DNA of 30,815 nucleotides from a virus (Duplodnaviria; Heunggongvirae; Uroviricota; Caudoviricetes): IMG/VR virus record IMGVR_UViG_2531839668_000005; one strand, 5' to 3'. Shown piece by piece: positions 26,825 to 30,815 of this stretch (position 1 is its first letter; each line of letters starts with the position of its first letter). The notes under the pieces were generated by a model. It saw only the letters and a program-made list of their open reading frames with translations, ran no database searches and was not told where the DNA came from. The position numbers and the translations under genes were made by a program.

Positions 26825-27094
26825 GAAACGTTGCTGGCGTCTGAACTTGCTTCTGGCGTCAGCAAGGTTGAACAACGAGCTATGCGAGGCGTTAGTGTCA
26901 ATTTGTTACCTTAACCACTATATATGCCAGGAAATTAACAGTTCTTAAGAAACCGCTTGCATGATCGAGCGCATTGAACTTAAGTTTAAGTAACGAAATC
27001 AACAGATGATATTGTTGTCTAAATTTTAAAGATAATCTGTTGAGGTTGTAGGCGTCGGAGTGTAGACTTCCGCGCCATGTGAAAAGGGGGAGTT

Positions 27095-27310
27095 ATGTCA
27101 AGCATCGCCGCATTTAGCCTGGGTAACCCAGTTGAACGTCTGGCAAGGGTTCTTAAAGAGAACCAGGACAAACTCAATCTTAGTAAAGATGGTTTTGTGT
27201 CCGTAGACTTGTCTAACAAAAGAGCAATGGATGCCATCAAGGCACAGATGGATAAGCTTGAAGGCATCAAAACGAGCACTGTAAAAGAGAAAACTAATAG
27301 AACCAGATAA
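27095..27310 (+). CDS. hypothetical protein (71 aa)
   Basis: GGGGGAG upstream of the ATG; stop overlaps the next ATG (TAATG). Confidence 0.4.
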   Translation: MSSIAAFSLGNPVERLARVLKENQDKLNLSKDGFVSVDLSNKRAMDAIKAQMDKLEGIKTSTVKEKTNRTR

Positions 27311-27480
27311 TGGCAACATTACTTTTAGCAGTGATTTTGGTTAGTGGTTTTATTTATGTAAACCTATCACTTTCAACAAGATACCGATATAAGCGTTCCA
27401 ACGGCTGGGACGCTTATTTTTTTGTGGCTGCCTGGGGTATCGTTTTTTTCTCCTTGGCGGTTTTTTCACCTTTATTTTGA
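27310..27480 (+). CDS. small hydrophobic protein (56 aa), or N-terminal membrane anchor of the next ORF
   Basis: Translated by eye (not in the track): MATLLLAVILVSGFIYVNLSLSTRYRYKRSNGWDAYFFVAAWGIVFFSLAVFSPLF; two hydrophobic segments; T7 and T6 runs near its 3' end. Confidence 0.35.
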   Translation: MATLLLAVILVSGFIYVNLSLSTRYRYKRSNGWDAYFFVAAWGIVFFSLAVFSPLF

Positions 27481-28151
27481 ACGTCAGCGGAGGGTTTCGT
27501 TGGCTGGCTAATGCCTTGAATCTAACACCTGACAGTTTTAACGGCATGTTGTCTTCATCGAAAGACAAACTTCAAAGAATAAATGAAATCAAACAGATAG
27601 CATGGGTTATGATTTCAATTGTCCTCGCTGCGATTTCAGGTTTTGGAAATAAGTTACGCACATCACGTGGAGATCGTCGCTGGGATGCCTTAGCTAAAGC
27701 TGTGGGTAATAACGCTTTCGAATCATTACTCATGGAAGCGTCCGCAAGACAGTTTCCGATCATAGCAACTCTGTCGTCTCGCAAAATCTATGTTGGTCTT
27801 GTTACTTGTCCGGCGTTAGAAAACGGGCTTTCAGAACACCTTGAACTTCTCCCGATGTTAAGCGGATATCGGGATAAAGATGATCTAACGATTAGTATCA
27901 CGACTAACTATCACCAACATTATCTTGATAGTGGTGTGATAAGTGGAATGTCTCGGCTTAATATCGAAGATTTCCGTGTGCTCATACCAAAAGATGAGGT
28001 TGAAACAATTTCGTTTTTTGATACTGAGACATATAACAAATTTAAAGAAAATGAAGCCAGGGATAGAAAGAACTGTCGAAAGATTGGTAGTAAAAGTGCA
28101 TCTTCGCGCAGCAAGCGTGCAGCAGATGCTGAGTCAAATGATCGTGCATGA
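27477..28151 (+). CDS. hypothetical protein (start uncertain: TTG at 27477 or ATG at 27546)
   Basis: Track ORF with one internal hydrophobic helix (IAWVMISIVLAAISGF); frame open upstream to 27393, overlapping the previous ORF. Confidence 0.4.
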   Translation: MNVSGGFRWLANALNLTPDSFNGMLSSSKDKLQRINEIKQIAWVMISIVLAAISGFGNKLRTSRGDRRWDALAKAVGNNAFESLLMEASARQFPIIATLSSRKIYVGLVTCPALENGLSEHLELLPMLSGYRDKDDLTISITTNYHQHYLDSGVISGMSRLNIEDFRVLIPKDEVETISFFDTETYNKFKENEARDRKNCRKIGSKSASSRSKRAADAESNDRA

Positions 28152-28477
28152 CTATGCTGCATGAGATCGCATGATCGTTTGAGGATCGTTTTTGCTAAGG
28201 CCCGCCAGAACTGGCGGGCTTTTGCGTAGATCATGCACCTGCATGAAAACTACTACATAAAGCGGGCAGGCGTGGCGGGGATACGAGCGCGCGTTGGGAT
28301 GATAATGTCCTTTCGAATGTAAGGCAGAGTATGTTATTTTTACTCTTGGTTGCTTTGTATAGTTCGATAAAATTATTATATATTTAGTATGTGATATATT
28401 GATGTCGATGGTGACTGGTTGTGGATGAAGCTAAAAACAAAAAGGCATGATGCGATTTATTGAAGGAATGATGATTA

Positions 28478-28894
28478 ATGATTGATGTCATTGGTAATAA
28501 ATACGTTGTTGCTTTAATTTTTCCATTGTTGATGATTCTATGTGGGGCTTTTGTAAAAAAACTTGCCAGATCCTCTGGTTGGCAAAAGAGTGATTTTTAC
28601 TTTGGGAATGAGTTGATATTATCGACAATTGGTGCATCATTGTTGAATTTATATGATTTGACTAAAACTGTTCAAACAGTAACCACGGTTAACCAAGTGG
28701 TTAATCAGTACATTGGAACTACTAGCTTTCTTGCCTTCTCTCTTTTTGTATTACTGGGGATCATGTCTTTTCATCAAGATTGGGAAGGGCGAACAGGAAA
28801 TCCAAAAGGTCAAATTTGGGTTTTATGTATTGGGTGTAATTTAGTCGGCATATTATTTTTTGCTTCCTTTGTTTTGTGGATTAAGGGTGTGTAA
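28478..28894 (+). CDS. polytopic membrane protein (138 aa, about four predicted TM helices)
   Basis: Four hydrophobic stretches (VVALIFPLLMILCGAFV, LILSTIGASLLNL, FLAFSLFVLLGIMSF, IWVLCIGCNLVGILFFASFVLWI); stop abuts the next ATG (TAAATG). Confidence 0.55.
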   Translation: MIDVIGNKYVVALIFPLLMILCGAFVKKLARSSGWQKSDFYFGNELILSTIGASLLNLYDLTKTVQTVTTVNQVVNQYIGTTSFLAFSLFVLLGIMSFHQDWEGRTGNPKGQIWVLCIGCNLVGILFFASFVLWIKGV

Positions 28895-29497
28895 ATGAAA
28901 AAAAATACTCTTTATATTATTTCAATTGCATTGGCTGTTGTTGGGTTTCTTATGGCTCTTATTCCACGGCTCCCATATTTATTTCAAGGAGTTAATGATG
29001 AGATTATCATCTCCGTTATTGGATTATCTTTTGCCTATTCTGGCCTGAGTTTGATTGTGTTAATGAAATTAAGGGAAAGAAGACTAAAGGCCGTTAAAAA
29101 AGGAAAGCAAATATTTCTAATGTATCCCGTACAAGAAAAAGATAAGGCCCGTCAAATAACTTGTAAGCTTAATGAGTTAGGTTTTGATGTATGGTTTGAT
29201 GAAAATAACATATTGCCCGGGCAGATTATTGAAAAGCAAATTAATCAGGCTATAGACAATAGCGCTGCGGCTATATTGCTTCTGTCTAATGAAGATATGG
29301 AGTCATATATAAGAAAGGAGGTAGAGGGCTTTCTCCGTAAAGCTACGGTAAAAGATGAAAACTATGTTCCTATAATTCCTGTGATAATTGGTGATGCTGA
29401 ATTGCCTGCGATGCTCAAAAACATCAAGTCTGTAAACTATGAGGATGAAAAATTAATTGATAAGCTCAATTTGTCATTGAAGTCCATTCTTGGTTGA
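28895..29497 (+). CDS. membrane-anchored TIR-like domain protein (200 aa)
   Basis: Two N-terminal TM helices, then a region with TIR-like secondary-structure pattern: IFLMY, FDVWFDE, AIDNSAAAILLLS, ESYIRKEVE, YVPIIPVII. Assigned by motif pattern only. Confidence 0.5.
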   Translation: MKKNTLYIISIALAVVGFLMALIPRLPYLFQGVNDEIIISVIGLSFAYSGLSLIVLMKLRERRLKAVKKGKQIFLMYPVQEKDKARQITCKLNELGFDVWFDENNILPGQIIEKQINQAIDNSAAAILLLSNEDMESYIRKEVEGFLRKATVKDENYVPIIPVIIGDAELPAMLKNIKSVNYEDEKLIDKLNLSLKSILG

Positions 29498-29502
29498 AAT
29501 AA

Positions 29503-29530
29503 GGAGTCAGAATATCTGACTCCGTTTTTT
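29503..29530. terminator. bidirectional Rho-independent terminator
   Basis: GGAGTCAG ... CTGACTCC perfect inverted repeat followed by TTTTTT, between convergent genes. Confidence 0.75.
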
Positions 29531-30310
29531 CAAGTAAGCTGATAACTATCGAATGTTACTATTTCCTCATCTAGCCATATGTTTATTTCCTGTAATCTTT
29601 TTTGCAACGGTAATAACTCATTACGAACAAATACTTTACTAGCCTTCTCCACATCCCCAAACCCCCCAACATTATTCGGCATAATCCCCATCATTTGTGG
29701 CGGCACACGATGCGCTGCCATCATGTCATCCCGACTCACGTTCTTGATGTTAAGAAATTCATCCTTCGCCGCGACTTCTGACAATGGGATGATCTGAAGC
29801 CCGTCTTTTTTACCGTTAGGCGAGTACATAAACAGGTTACGGAAGTTACCAGGACCTTTGGCACTTTTCATCGCGTTGCGGAGGTTGTTCACATCCTCCT
29901 GATTCTGCGCGGCATCGGTCATGTACATGATGAAGCCTGCATGGCTGCCGTTGATGTAATACTTACGGCGGAACAGCGTGGCGGACTCGTTGAGCAGGGC
30001 TGACGGAATGGCAGAAAGATAACCGGGCAGGCCGTAGATCTCCTGGTTGATGTCCGGTTCCATCAGATGAAAAATGCTGCCTTTCGTGAACTGATACGGC
30101 TGCGTAGTCATGCCGTATTGCACAAACCAGTAGGTATCCAGGTCTAATCCGCGTCGGGTGTATTTTGCCAGCGCAGGCTCAAGAGCGATGACCTCTCCGA
30201 AGCGGTTCGTGCGTTTTTCCAGGTAGGCGTTACCAAAAACCAGATAGTCCTGCACAAAACGCGAAAAAGCCTGCTGGCTGAGCAGCGGGTGAGGGATGTA
30301 GGTGCTGGTC
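29530..30310 (-). pseudogene. P2-family portal protein gene, apparently 5'-truncated
   Basis: C-terminal roughly 260 aa look portal-like (e.g. HRVPPQMMGIMPNNVGG); the first ~105 aa of the track ORF are antisense to a tail-fibre ORF and are not portal sequence. Confidence 0.5.
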
Positions 30311-30313
30311 AGA

Positions 30314-30815
30314 ATGTTGCATTTCACTGCGATCGGTGACCCGAAATTCAGTACCACCATTAACAATGCGCTGGCACTAAAAGCACCGCTGTCGAGTCCG
30401 GCACTCACCGGAACGCCAACAGCACCTACTGCGGCACAGTCGGTCAACAATACACAGATTGCCACTACAGCTTTTGTGAAATCAGCGATTGCAGCAATGG
30501 TGGGTTCTGCACCTGCGGCACTGGATACATTGAACGAACTGGCGTCGGCACTGGGGAATGATCCGAACTTTGCCACGACAATGCTTAATGCGCTGGCAGG
30601 TAAACAACCGCTGGACAATACGCTTACCAATTTGAGTGGAAAGGATGTAGCTGGTCTTCTCGCATACCTTGGTTTGGGAGAAGCGGCAAAACGGGATGTG
30701 GGGACAGGGGAAAATCAGATACCGGACATGGCCTCTTTTGCCAGTGGTGATGGATGGATGAAATTACCCAACGGGAAAATCCTGCAATATGGTCGTGGTG
30801 CGGTTACGCCGACAT
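30314..30815 (+). CDS. phage side-tail-fibre protein fragment (partial, runs off the window end)
   Basis: Plus-strand translation ...[80 protein letters not shown]... is the conserved segment of lambdoid/T-even-like tail fibres as recalled; in-frame stop at 30299-30301 and ATG at 30314. Confidence 0.6.
   Translation, partial: MLHFTAIGDPKFSTTINNALALKAPLSSPALTGTPTAPTAAQSVNNTQIATTAFVKSAIAAMVGSAPAALDTLNELASALGNDPNFATTMLNALAGKQPLDNTLTNLSGKDVAGLLAYLGLGEAAKRDVGTGENQIPDMASFASGDGWMKLPNGKILQYGRGAVTPT

Noticed and set aside
30311-30630. N-terminal ~105 aa of the 29530-30630 minus-strand ORF
   Set aside because: This part is antisense to the tail-fibre coding sequence on the plus strand and its translation is compositionally odd; taken as read-through, not portal sequence.

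Overview
Read by eye from the sequence and the supplied ORF track; no database search or computation was run, so every family assignment is motif-level recognition from memory. The window is a mosaic of horizontally acquired DNA of enterobacterial (E. coli-like) type, built around a 45-bp copy of the 3' end of ssrA (tmRNA) at 18324-18368, which is the attachment-site repeat shared by two integrative elements lying back to back. LEFT (1-18157): an AT-rich island bounded by a P4-type tyrosine integrase (16928-18157, minus). It carries an integrase-adjacent four-gene minus-strand operon (13312-16645: serine-recombinase-like protein, 201-aa unknown, two 298-aa ParB-like proteins), a complete IS3 copy (10510-11767) with no target-site duplication, an ankyrin-repeat protein operon, a MobC/MobA relaxase pair containing a (CACTGG)7 coding microsatellite, two lipoproteins, a zinc-ribbon membrane protein, three iteron-like direct repeats beside a winged-helix protein, and an AlpA-family regulator. 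RIGHT (19131-30815): a defective 186/P2-like prophage with integrase, CI repressor, Apl/Cox-like and CII regulators, a TraR/DksA zinc-finger protein, Dam methyltransferase, replication endonuclease A and a LexA box upstream of a DinI-like (Tum-type) region. Between gene A and the portal gene sits an AT-rich cargo block that includes a tightly coupled pair: a polytopic membrane protein plus a membrane-anchored TIR-like protein. The portal gene appears 5'-truncated and abuts a tail-fibre gene fragment on the opposite strand. The best candidates for an undescribed system are the membrane + TIR-like pair (28478-29497) and the integrase-adjacent operon (13312-16645); both are inference only. At four places adjacent ORFs in different frames would fuse with a single-base change at a homopolymer run (5361-5370, 15734-15759, 26519-26580, 27393-27480), so homopolymer sequencing error must be excluded before any biological reading.
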